The position numbers and the translations under genes were made by a program. Below, one piece after another: positions 12,001-17,247 of a DNA stretch of 24,220 nucleotides. The stretch spans positions 1-24,220 of IMG/VR virus record IMGVR_UViG_3300012953_004365; one strand, written 5' to 3'. The stretch comes from a virus (lineage: Duplodnaviria; Caudoviricetes). How positions within the stretch are numbered: the stretch's first letter is position 1; every line of letters starts with the position of its first letter. The notes beneath the pieces were generated by a model. That model ran no database searches. It was not told the DNA's origin and saw nothing but the letters and a program-made list of their open reading frames with translations.

Positions 12001-15000
12001 TTATCTGCTGTTACTAACGGAATTTCACAGAAGAAAGATAGTGCTTTTGATTCTCCAGTTGAGATCGTTTCAACAACTCCTTCAACTATCACTATCAAGG
12101 TTATTAGAAAGACACCTTCTACAGATACTTCAAATCATATATTTGTATCTGCTGCTGCTAATGCTGTAATCTCTGGTGGTGCATATACACATACGTTTAT
12201 CACTGCAGACCCAGATGCTATTACTAGATCTGTAGTACATACTGGTGGTAATTATAACCATGTATTCTCATCTGCATTAACTGATGGCGTAATTACTGGT
12301 GGTAATTATGTTCACACCTTTGTATCTGCTGCAACTAATGGTATTAAGTGTGCTGGTGATGCAGTTTATCTTGCTCCTGGATCTCTTACATTTACATGTA
12401 GTAAGGATGGAAATGATAGACCTACTGGATATCCTCGCACAACAGATCCTTCATACAATCAACTTCTAGAAGTTAAGGATGTCACAACTGATACATTCAC
12501 TATTGATGTTGGTGCTGCTGCAGGAAAAGATCAATATACTCATACATGGGTAAGTTCTTCTCAAGGTGCTGTTAGTAAGTCTGATTACAATCTTAAGGAT
12601 TGTTCAGATGTATTCACTACAGTTGGTAACCTAGTTGATATCTTAACTGATACACTAACAAATGCTAACGCATCAACTCCAGTTGATCATTTAGGATCTA
12701 TCACTAAAGTTACACCACCTTACAAGTTCTACGGTGGAACTGTTGATGCTTATAATGAAACTCCATTCCCAGTAACATATCATGATGCTACTAATGACAT
12801 TATTGTTACTGATCAGATTGATGAAGATACACAATATAGATTCCGTGATGCTGCATACTTAATTCGTGCTAATAGTGGTGTTATCGTTGATAAGGCTGCC
12901 TTTGACATGCTTACTAAGTATCCAGATCTTGCTATAAGTATGCCAAGAAATGCTAATGGAACATCTACAGATGGTACTGTTCGTTGTAAGCAAGATTTAC
13001 TTGAGATTGTTACTGCAGTTGCTAGTGACCTTGAGAATGGTGGTAACTTACAGACACTAAAAGCTGCTAAGTTCTATATCGGCACTAACGGTGGATTACA
13101 ACATATTCGCTTACAAGTATTCCAGTCTGTATATGCTCATAAACAACTTGGTATCTATCTGAAGCAAGCTTGCACAGGTGATCTAACTTACGATAATACA
13201 GACAACATTATTGTTGGTGACTGGGGTATTACAGATAATAGTAGTGCTGGAAACTGTGCTAATGTTCAGACTGCTATCGATACATTAATTACATCAATTA
13301 ATGATTTGATTGCACCTACAGATGAGGACTTTGCAATTGCTGCTGATAGATTATACTTCAATAAAGACTTTATTGCTGAAGAAGTTACTGGTCTTACAAC
13401 TGCATATTTCACTTATGATTTAAATGGTATTAACTATTCAGGACTTACATATCCTTCAAATGGTGTTACAACATGTCAGAGAGACCTTAAGTTAATCTTA
13501 GATGGTATCATTTCTGATTTACAAACTGGTGGAACTGAGAGTACTATCCTTGCGATGGAAACATATATAAGTGCTACATTACAGATTGAACAGGTTGATG
13601 ATGAATTAGCTGCAACAATCTATGCTATTGATAGACTTAAATATCTTGGAGAATTTGGTATCGAGAACCAGTTATACTCTCAGAATGAATCTGCTGGTTT
13701 AGCAACTCAATATGAGGCAGTTCATACTAACAGAGCAGAGTATAGAGACTCAATAACACCAACAAATATACAGAATCCTGTTTATGCCTTCCGTGATCTT
13801 TGTGATATTGCAATCAATATCCTCGCACCTGGTGGCAAAGCAGCAAGAAGTGCTGTTAAGCAACTTAAGTACAACCAGAATTACTATAAAGAAGAATTAA
13901 CTACTCTTGTTAACTCACAGTTTGGAGTTGGATCTTGGACTTATAATACCTTCATCGATGAAATGGTTAATAATACCGTTCATGATATACTCGTAACTGA
14001 CTTTACTAAGACAGAAACTGCTTATACTATCCAATTAACTGGAACCTTTAACAACTACACTGCTGGTGAGACTGTTATTTCTAGTGGTGGTGGTAGAGCA
14101 ACTGTTCTAGAATGGAACGATGATGATGAGGTATTGTATGTTAGTTCTATTGATGGAAATATATTTGCACCAACTCAGACATTAATTGGAGCAGATTCTA
14201 ACGCATTCGGAACTATCGCTGCTAATGGTGTTAGTGCTCCTTATATTTGGTATACATCACCTGCTAATATCAAAGCACTTAATACTGCAAGATTAATTAC
14301 TTCAAATATTCAAGGTCAGGTTGCTGGAACTAACTTAGCAGCATTACCAGAAACGTTCACAACTAACTGGACTGATAGTGGAACTAATGTAACTGTAGAT
14401 CAACTTGCTTCACCAGATAGCACAACAACTGCAGATAAGATAATTCCAGATACGAGCAGTAGTATCAAGTACATTTACAGAAACTTTGCTATTAGTGCTT
14501 TCGAGACATTTGATAGTGATGCAGTTAAGTTTGATACTACTAATGAAACATTTGATACTGGTGCAATTGGAGCTCAAGAGAGTCAGCAATATTCATTCTC
14601 AGTCTTCTTGAAGCAAGGTGAATATAGTAGAGTTCGTGTTCAAATGGGTCTTGATACTGGAACTGCTGGTGAACAGTTAGCATTCTTCGATCTAAACCTT
14701 GCTGATGGATCTATCGGTTCGATGTTCACACCTGGTAATGGTATTACGATTGATGCTTTCGGAACTATTCCTTATGGTAATGGTTGGTATAGAGCATTCA
14801 TTACAGGTACATTCTCCTTTGGATTTGGTGAAATTCGTACTCAACTCTATGTTAGAAATGCTGCTGGTGATGAGGTATATACTGGAGATGGATCTTCAGG
14901 TATATACGCATGGGGTATGAAACTCTTTAAGGGTGTTCTTGATCCTTATCAATCTGTTGCTGGTCAAGTATTCTTTGCTGATACAGAGTTTAACATTAAG

Positions 15001-17223
15001 ACTTACGCATTAGATCTATTACAAGATTATATGACTAAGGCACTTACTGGGTCTTTGATATCACCTTCTACTAATGCAGGATTCTACTCATACTATGACA
15101 ACACAATTAACACTGACTATAAGTATCGCTCGATTGAAAGATTAGTTAGATATAATCTTAATATCATTCGTGAGCAATTAGAGGTTGATACTTTCTACAC
15201 AACTCTTACTACAACAAGTGGAGTTTCAGTTCCTGCTAAAACATATGGAACTAGAGTTATTCCTGCTGGTATACAAGGTGGTGTTCAAAATGCAACTTAC
15301 GTGTATGGATTACAAAGTGATCATAATGCTGAAGTTGAGACAATCTCCGAAAACTCAGGTAAAGTTGTTCAAGTATATCAAAGATTCAGAATTGATGGTG
15401 ATATAACTGATGGTCCTTTCACTATGAACGAGGTTGTTGCCAAGCAAGGTAATGCTTCGGTCACGGGTGTTGTTTACGGGTATCATTTCGATGACAACTA
15501 CAAGTACCTAGACGTTAAAGTTACTGCTGGTCCTTGGGCGGTTACAGATAATGTTGTTGGTGCTACTAACTCAACTACTGCTCAGATTAGTTTGATAGAA
15601 GATAGGATTCATATCATAGATGTTCAAGGTGAATTTACAAATGATATCCCATTCAAAGGATATACAAGTAGTGCTACAGCATCACCTACTGGATATATTA
15701 AGGCAGAAGCATCTGTAACTGATAATACTGGTGGAACACTCACAGTCGATACTGCATCTCTCTTAGGATCATTTGAAGCAACGTCTGTTGTTTATCCATC
15801 ATCCTCTAGGAAATTTATTGATGTTTCTAAGTATGCTGGACTTGACATTGCGGTTGGTGATAGAATTGCTTCGGGTGGATATAAGAGATTCGGTGTTTCT
15901 GTTCTAAGTGGACTTAACAGTTTCACTCAGGGTAACAGACTATACAAAGTTGTTTCTGGTATCCAAGATACTCAAACATACGGTATTATTACTGAAGTTG
16001 ATATTGATAATGGTTACATCTACGTTGCAGAATATCAAGGAACATTTACGCAGGGTGATGTTGTAGGTGACTATGGTACTAACGCTTCCTTCCCAATTGG
16101 TTACGCATCAATCTTAACGATTGTTACTACAGCAGGGGCAGCAGCAGCACTCGTGCAGGATGTTCGTGATATTGCTTTGAATAAGAGATTATATCTTACT
16201 GATATCGCAGGAACATTTGATGATAAAGATTACATTGTTGGACCTGACGCTTACAGATCTGTTGTTATTGGTATCACTGATCTTAAGGGTCGTGTTAAGC
16301 GTTCCTTCAAAGGATTTGATGGAACTACAACTACGTTCCCATTAACAATCAATACTGGAACTTCATACTTACCTGATCCTGCAGGTCACTTATTAATATT
16401 CTTGAATGGTATACTACAACCTCCAGGCGCGTCAAACGCATACACAGCGTTCTCTGATAAGATTCAGTTTACTGAAGCACCAGATCTAGGTGCATCCTTC
16501 ACAGGATTCTATGTTGGTAAGTTGAGACAGTTGGATGATATCTCCTTCGAGTTTGACTCCTTACGTCAATCATTCAACCTCAAACGTAATGATGTATTCT
16601 ACTCACTAACACTAACAGAAGGTGTTCAGTCTAGTACAATTCTTCCTGAAAATAACATCATCGTTTCCTTGAATGGTGTTATTCAGGAACCAGGCGTAGG
16701 TTTCGAGATTGTTGGTTCTAGAATCATCTTCTCTGAGATTCCTCGTGTTGGATCAACATTCGTTGCATTCTCCTACGTTGGTTCTGAGGCAGACGTTGAT
16801 GCTGCTGAGGTCGTACCTCCAGTCGAACCAGGTGACTTTATTGACATCCAAGGTGAGACTTCAGATAGAGAAGTTGCTGTTATTGAATCTTCTAACTCTC
16901 TAATTACATTTGATTACTTGGGTTCTGTCTTCGGTAAGGACGCACAGGGACAAGCAAATATTACTTCAGGAACTATCAATACCGTTCAGGTTACATCAGG
17001 TGGATCTGGTTATACAACTAGACCAACTGTAAGACTTGACTCTATATCAGGTTTTGATGGTAACGTTAAAGCACTAGTCGGTGTTGCTGGTGTTGAAATT
17101 AGTAATCCAGGAAGCGGTTATCAGAACCCAGCTGTTGCAGTAGAAACTGTTGTAGATGATAACTGGACTGCTCCTGATTTAAGTTTATACGGGGAAGAGG
17201 AAGTAGATCCCGAAACACCATAA
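1..17223 (+). CDS. Giant virion/baseplate structural protein (>5,740 aa, 5'-truncated) with gp7-like wedge motif, LamG, helical repeats, nested His/Cys/YPR domain array and a jelly-roll domain
   Basis: Frame 1 is open from base 1 (NLNKFDYIDYTGIG...) through the track's ATG at 160 to TAA 17221-17223, so the true start lies upstream of the window. Contains KIQDSYYYQDFSYAIKS...W...VHPASFKVFGE (3001-3126), resembling the conserved core of T4-type gp7 wedge proteins, plus GxGY repeats and FDG...LNGxxQxP...IxFxEP repeats typical of T4-like cyanophage baseplate proteins. Lies upstream of gp9-like and gp8 genes. Confidence 0.9.
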   Translation, partial: NLNKFDYIDYTGIGIKVDKNADAARIGTYTERTNTKLGFVRADEIGTTITPVTMTVVTTGFTLADAGFQGLDFDDATITMSQDTETLTYTQDIWSSRTATVPSPGSQKLSVSAIVRDKYYFKVTNTVKIDNVQELTLNQAFNFTTGTKLRLNDNAGAFVNSGYIIRQDTVNNKIYLAINNNAWSNDLNTGNLITEQFSEQSTYGIVGPIPADINEITGYTFAMVNNTTPGTFDIDLDDYNLDGTGYNAGGGQNLDSFGKFKPYSDDDYSIRIDEVAGGSPYIVGSVINIVSGNISYNAAYSTAQITGLTGVLKITLVANLTKIMQATAVSNTDEVYVITSTNHYLSAGEMIYVDGNPTENSLDEYDGAFAIESVVSPLEFTYKLTQVATTSPATTAGNVNIFVKSPVLKMYYGHQYIFDMSHSSLLGGNLSFSKDNLFKLEYSFNSIERTGTPGVSGEGVPTPIVKLKVDESIVTNISYYFDPSRTGTDSPIDPNSYLDVTDSPYKGTFQISSTAGQTITRGADVIKFPLLNEPEAAAEVSQTTYSTSSVKAVGSISDVRIVNSGGFYTRLPIVSSITSTRQIERVSIENPGTEYAVGVYNAVPIGGNGEGGLVQITVADGLDSEGVTIPGQIQEVLVTSAGKNYTTALIDIESIPGILGSGLAGSGAVLTVVIPNAGTQASIFTKADKVGKIKKLKNNNFGYDYPHDYTLRPEISFPINAQLTSTSILSSITVTNPGSGYSQAPTVVITGGGGSGATAEASIKNGRLDQIIVKDPGAGYSSTPTVSLKSSFNYVVNLDLGLLQFAFPHGITNGAAITLNVVDTGDGADFPLAAGAVGRLNGTTTYFAIAGAANSLENDQLKIALTAANAELGDALSYVNAGEGRQQVLTESFGGNATANVITSTFLEGELVYQGDSLATATAQGYVSTNQGWQIGPRILKIVDYTGTFAETEKVTGVISKSSGTISDLNIARGVLEIGSITKTTGQFIDDVGKPSEIIQKIQDSYYYQDFSYAIKSAVSISEWKEILIKNVHPASFKVFGELNLSDYGFIPNKATDFQLTKSVELAREAIVPNIQSFALVEPVYSEFNNTEVLFRQKRLTSSENILTSVVQRIDDISSQFDGEKIAFPLTVDGNTVVANANQLMIVLNGIVQNPGSAFEIQGDSIVFSEPPQPPASVKYVNVQISQIAIVSNTFTNQSGIFPSPGNILTGTNSGAKITVTSVVGDTIFGFITEGTFIAAENVTVSATGFSANLDVQSSISNIGLFEYGETVKNLTNDTAKVEQINLERGLENALAELRYTVGPSTTAVEVVPSGSTTDGPVPAGTFATSTNYQLGSEVVTVTNIVDGNDSTTLTVTRGQNGTVAVSHQEEFPIYGTVIAVTSALTLSKTAGTYKSTPGLFDIQLNDVIIGAKSGVVARITQTSAYQDPTTQEFISQVNISEGSSFFGLLMNRITSQTYPNVVIDNISESQVSIVKYTDNTTAFNSEFPANEQINNIIVPYDNLVGGPIQENEIIRNYRLGYGSNSGDFIAGESARSRKLSYVNAKGDGFFATGQVIRTQDTKAEVLGFNQADQVIYLGKVGRTLSTGQDVHIATFSNQAQLDTTVKYYGTASLQLVAATNDYINIPSSSEFAFGTGAFTIDLMVRPAASSLSGTATILDMRASAANEVAGRLYLEAGQVRWNVNNSDLVTSGSTVLSADTWVLISIMKSGTTTKILLNGTEAGTATDNTTYVAKPVRLGSDYAGANSLTGFIDELRISNTNRHQTIPFTPQNGIWQGDANTLVLMHFDGADAQTFTEDWSGAEGFTAGEDFNNDAILNSSRSSSNTPGGFVGRTQRYYDAADLIILNKEYLAQEVVYILKERHPHHTVKGSEVDCEDDVRDVLDAIVSDLRNGTNNKIWDASSYYVDRAVSPIVLKFVSNEVDEVVYTYDKLEELLKYIVNNTLWDTQGDHGLVQKTDKTITESSGLVASTFQPTGASYDAASGYMVLTASAHGMRSERAITATDADYTATTGVLQVTVATTTFSVSTATYAHTTGVMVITIGAHSLTTNDNIRIATGGITFSCNNGGVSNAAYPRAAGANTESGADYAYDRWLPILAVGATTITVNVNGGKGAISHAFAHTYVSSTAGAITAGHGLNIGDRMKFDPNSLVMNCTSDGNTVNQSYPRPDDPANQGWLEVTANTGTTFDINVGTSPTVNYTATAGSYNADTGFLTMNIGQHNLRTGRKYTATNASYTASSGAMKITIGDSIDVHSASYVAKTGLLDLNIGHHNFKKGSLVQIAPNSLFFTCSMDDHQSVHAYPRSTDPVYQDDIEVIDITNDTITVDVGTSPEVSYTPTGATYNTSTGDMVLTIGAHSLAVGTAIKLLDESISFTCSFGSGGTTAYPRPLVDTANVSTASYNAQTGIFSVTTSAAHNLTGPTAKNITDASYNASTGVLQLTSAGHGFAIGDKIRIKDDALTFTCTKDGNATNHTYPRSTDPVSGQWLTIVAKATDTFDLQVGASKLGLNEYTHTWAGGTAANAIEKANDVIKFVDDSMTFTCALDGNATNHTYPRSTDPVSGQWLIVENVASTTFDVQVLDNAPSTNTSAHTFVSATTGAVTIKRDPAHDSSLTITAVAATTITVNVTPITSYSSTTHTFASASQGAVVVGGDYTHKFVSAASGAVVPNHGFYVGDRIMFEEGSLVFTCNMDTHSTRHAYPRESDPFYNKWLPISNVTTNTFDVNVGTTTNTSFTPTGGSYDGTTGKLGITIGSHTLEVGQHIKIATGGISFTCAMDGGTAVKAYPRATDPANDSTLAIIERTDTTITVDVGESPYVYFDVSAATYNPTSGVMVLTIGDHGLTANTSIRLKDNSLTFSCDQGGTVGTGTYPRSSNDYVYQKAINIDSVTDTTITINVNGGQGAITNTNAHTFVSALPGSVIAGGAWAHTYSTAATNAVSVGGNYAHIFKSASPNGIVRSGETIRIAKDGISFKCSQDGYQTIHSYPRTDDPGYNTSLPIYNNGTTSTASNASYNASTGEMVITVNSHGFTTSDQIRIENESLTFTCTKDSNTTIHSYPRENDPFVRRWLRITAVTDNTFTVNVGRAADSTQQYAHTFASATKDGIVKRDDTVTVNVGATPTKSFTPTASTYNPSTGALALTIGTHSLPAPTLHTPTDVAYNPTTGIMTLTISGHNFSNGEKIKIADNGLKLSCPYNGASGTAAQKDYPRSTDPVSGKWIPISNVTTNTFDVKVLDIIPSTNTDTHTFVSAVTNCVSKANSTVKIAEDSLIYKCAEDSNATEHSYPRGDVSRNTAQPGTFYNPVTGVLKLSVPTESHTPSTATYNPTSGEMVLTLDAQSGAFNVSNATYNTSTGDMELTIGTHTLTTNDRIKIKEGSLKFACNFGNDNYQTPKAYPRASGANTTNGADYAFNTFLDISAVTGTTITVNVNGGQGSISNNNQHNFISADAGAVVVGHGLVVGDRIKIADEGLTFSCDQGGTVGNGSYPRSTNDYVYRKWIRIRAVTGNTITVNVNGGQGATTNTNAHTFVSAVANAITSGHGMTNGTPIKLADESLTFACTEGTGSYAYPRSTDPVSKRWLFIQNVTDSSFDVNVLDSLPSTNVTTHTWISAVADGIIEGDPIVGQAVPVEAVTSTTITVNPLDGDVPTNTSAHTFEKLNTYQFQPTAVTYTPTTGVMSLTSTSHKIKENDKIFIKENSLSFKCNMGDDAGLHTYPRETDPVANKWITATNVTANTFDVNVGTTPNVFYTPSDAEYNPTTGIMSLTIGKHDLRPGTSIKLGQESLTFKCANDSYATNHSYPRNTILSHTPTDADYHPDTGIMTLTVNGHNMGDGDWVKIADGAVTFKCTYGAGVHTWTGGTASNAVQVQEAGLGNFDVTNADYNALTGDMVLTVGSHSITTGNTVKIVANSLTFSCDLDANATNHTYPRATDPAYDTALAISAVTGTTITVNVGVSSPGTAYPRASDPVSGKWIKVFNTTTNTFDVQLLDIVPSTNTSIHTFLSAVTNGISQKKDSAFDSPVEIVSTTPSTITIKVIRKTPSTDTSNHIFVSAAANAVISGGAYTHTFITADPDAITRSVVHTGGNYNHVFSSALTDGVITGGNYVHTFVSAATNGIKCAGDAVYLAPGSLTFTCSKDGNDRPTGYPRTTDPSYNQLLEVKDVTTDTFTIDVGAAAGKDQYTHTWVSSSQGAVSKSDYNLKDCSDVFTTVGNLVDILTDTLTNANASTPVDHLGSITKVTPPYKFYGGTVDAYNETPFPVTYHDATNDIIVTDQIDEDTQYRFRDAAYLIRANSGVIVDKAAFDMLTKYPDLAISMPRNANGTSTDGTVRCKQDLLEIVTAVASDLENGGNLQTLKAAKFYIGTNGGLQHIRLQVFQSVYAHKQLGIYLKQACTGDLTYDNTDNIIVGDWGITDNSSAGNCANVQTAIDTLITSINDLIAPTDEDFAIAADRLYFNKDFIAEEVTGLTTAYFTYDLNGINYSGLTYPSNGVTTCQRDLKLILDGIISDLQTGGTESTILAMETYISATLQIEQVDDELAATIYAIDRLKYLGEFGIENQLYSQNESAGLATQYEAVHTNRAEYRDSITPTNIQNPVYAFRDLCDIAINILAPGGKAARSAVKQLKYNQNYYKEELTTLVNSQFGVGSWTYNTFIDEMVNNTVHDILVTDFTKTETAYTIQLTGTFNNYTAGETVISSGGGRATVLEWNDDDEVLYVSSIDGNIFAPTQTLIGADSNAFGTIAANGVSAPYIWYTSPANIKALNTARLITSNIQGQVAGTNLAALPETFTTNWTDSGTNVTVDQLASPDSTTTADKIIPDTSSSIKYIYRNFAISAFETFDSDAVKFDTTNETFDTGAIGAQESQQYSFSVFLKQGEYSRVRVQMGLDTGTAGEQLAFFDLNLADGSIGSMFTPGNGITIDAFGTIPYGNGWYRAFITGTFSFGFGEIRTQLYVRNAAGDEVYTGDGSSGIYAWGMKLFKGVLDPYQSVAGQVFFADTEFNIKTYALDLLQDYMTKALTGSLISPSTNAGFYSYYDNTINTDYKYRSIERLVRYNLNIIREQLEVDTFYTTLTTTSGVSVPAKTYGTRVIPAGIQGGVQNATYVYGLQSDHNAEVETISENSGKVVQVYQRFRIDGDITDGPFTMNEVVAKQGNASVTGVVYGYHFDDNYKYLDVKVTAGPWAVTDNVVGATNSTTAQISLIEDRIHIIDVQGEFTNDIPFKGYTSSATASPTGYIKAEASVTDNTGGTLTVDTASLLGSFEATSVVYPSSSRKFIDVSKYAGLDIAVGDRIASGGYKRFGVSVLSGLNSFTQGNRLYKVVSGIQDTQTYGIITEVDIDNGYIYVAEYQGTFTQGDVVGDYGTNASFPIGYASILTIVTTAGAAAALVQDVRDIALNKRLYLTDIAGTFDDKDYIVGPDAYRSVVIGITDLKGRVKRSFKGFDGTTTTFPLTINTGTSYLPDPAGHLLIFLNGILQPPGASNAYTAFSDKIQFTEAPDLGASFTGFYVGKLRQLDDISFEFDSLRQSFNLKRNDVFYSLTLTEGVQSSTILPENNIIVSLNGVIQEPGVGFEIVGSRIIFSEIPRVGSTFVAFSYVGSEADVDAAEVVPPVEPGDFIDIQGETSDREVAVIESSNSLITFDYLGSVFGKDAQGQANITSGTINTVQVTSGGSGYTTRPTVRLDSISGFDGNVKALVGVAGVEISNPGSGYQNPAVAVETVVDDNWTAPDLSLYGEEEVDPETP
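3001..3129 (+). other. gp7-like baseplate wedge core motif within the giant CDS
   Basis: Translation KIQDSYYYQDFSYAIKSAVSISEWKEILIKNVHPASFKVFGEL fits the recalled YY...IKS...VHPxGF motif of T4 gp7-type wedge subunits. Recognised from memory; no search run. Confidence 0.65.
4771..5397 (+). other. LamG/concanavalin A-like lectin domain within the giant CDS
   Basis: KYYGTASL...DYINIPSSSEFAFGTGAFTIDLMVRP...WVLISIMKSG...ILLNG...LTGFIDELRIS...FTP...DANTLVLMHFDG is the typical phage LamG-like signature. Confidence 0.8.
7420..7694 (+). repeat. 41-nt exact direct repeat (7420-7460 and 7654-7694)
   Basis: acatatccaagatcaactgatcctgtaagtggtcaatggtt occurs at both positions. Confidence 0.9.
8562..10444 (+). 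repeat. 38-nt exact direct repeat (8562-8599 and 10407-10444)
   Basis: attaacctttagttgtgatcaaggtggaactgttggaa occurs at both positions. Confidence 0.9.
10246..11853 (+). repeat. 39-nt exact direct repeat (10246-10284 and 11815-11853)
   Basis: atatctgctgtaactggtacaactattacagttaacgtt occurs at both positions. Confidence 0.9.
14326..14955 (+). other. Jelly-roll/carbohydrate-binding-like domain of the type found in phage fibre and spike proteins
   Basis: TNL...ETF..NW...SPDSTTTADK...YSFSVFLK...YGNGWYR...YTGDGSSGIYAWGMKLFKG..DPY matches a recurrent phage fibre domain pattern (usually ending WGAQLExG). Recognised from memory. Confidence 0.6.
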
Positions 17224-17226
17224 ATA
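17219..17226 (+). promoter_or_regulatory. Putative T4-type late (gp55) promoter CATAAATA
   Basis: One mismatch to the TATAAATA consensus; overlaps the stop codon of the giant CDS and ends 21 nt before the ATG at 17248. The same octamer precedes gp8. Confidence 0.7.
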
Positions 17227-17247
17227 CTAGTAAAATTATAGCGAGTA

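Larger units (their letters stand above)
5911..12582 (+). repeat. Array of 21 homologous ~106-aa beta-rich domains (AxYxxxTG...H...IxI...FxC...YPR..D...TxxVNV...HTFVSA), nested rather than tandem
   Basis: Manual count gives 21 YxxxT/SG openers, 21 xC...YPR segments, 21 D(P/Y/S)...T(F/I)xVxV segments and 21 H(T)F closing strands over 2,224 codons. Confidence 0.9.
5509..14010 (+). repeat. About four alpha-helical repeats (DAxxLIxxNxxxIxxE...CxxDxxxxxxAxxSDLxxGG); the first is interrupted by the 6.7-kb nested array
   Basis: Units begin at 5509 (RYYDAADLIILNKEYLAQEV), 12838 (RFRDAAYLIRANSGVI), ~13330 (FAIAADRLYFNKDFIAEEV) and ~13840 (ARSAVKQLKYNQNYYKEEL, degenerate). The first three share C..D...I/V.SDL..G. 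Confidence 0.7.

Noticed and set aside
5911-12582. CRISPR array or diversity-generating retroelement template/variable repeats
   Set aside because: Repeats are in-frame protein repeats with irregular spacing; no constant repeat-spacer period, no long repeat pair with evident adenine-specific mismatches, and no reverse transcriptase or cas gene in the window.
5911-12582. Assembly artefact as the cause of the scrambled repeat order
   Set aside because: Copies are diverged, the frame is intact throughout, and segments balance exactly; misassembly would be expected to give long identical duplications or unbalanced parts. Read-level confirmation is still advisable.
5911-12582. Inteins or introns as the nested insertions
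   Set aside because: Junctions lack Cys/Ser starts and His-Asn ends, no homing endonuclease motifs are visible, and guests are homologous to their hosts.
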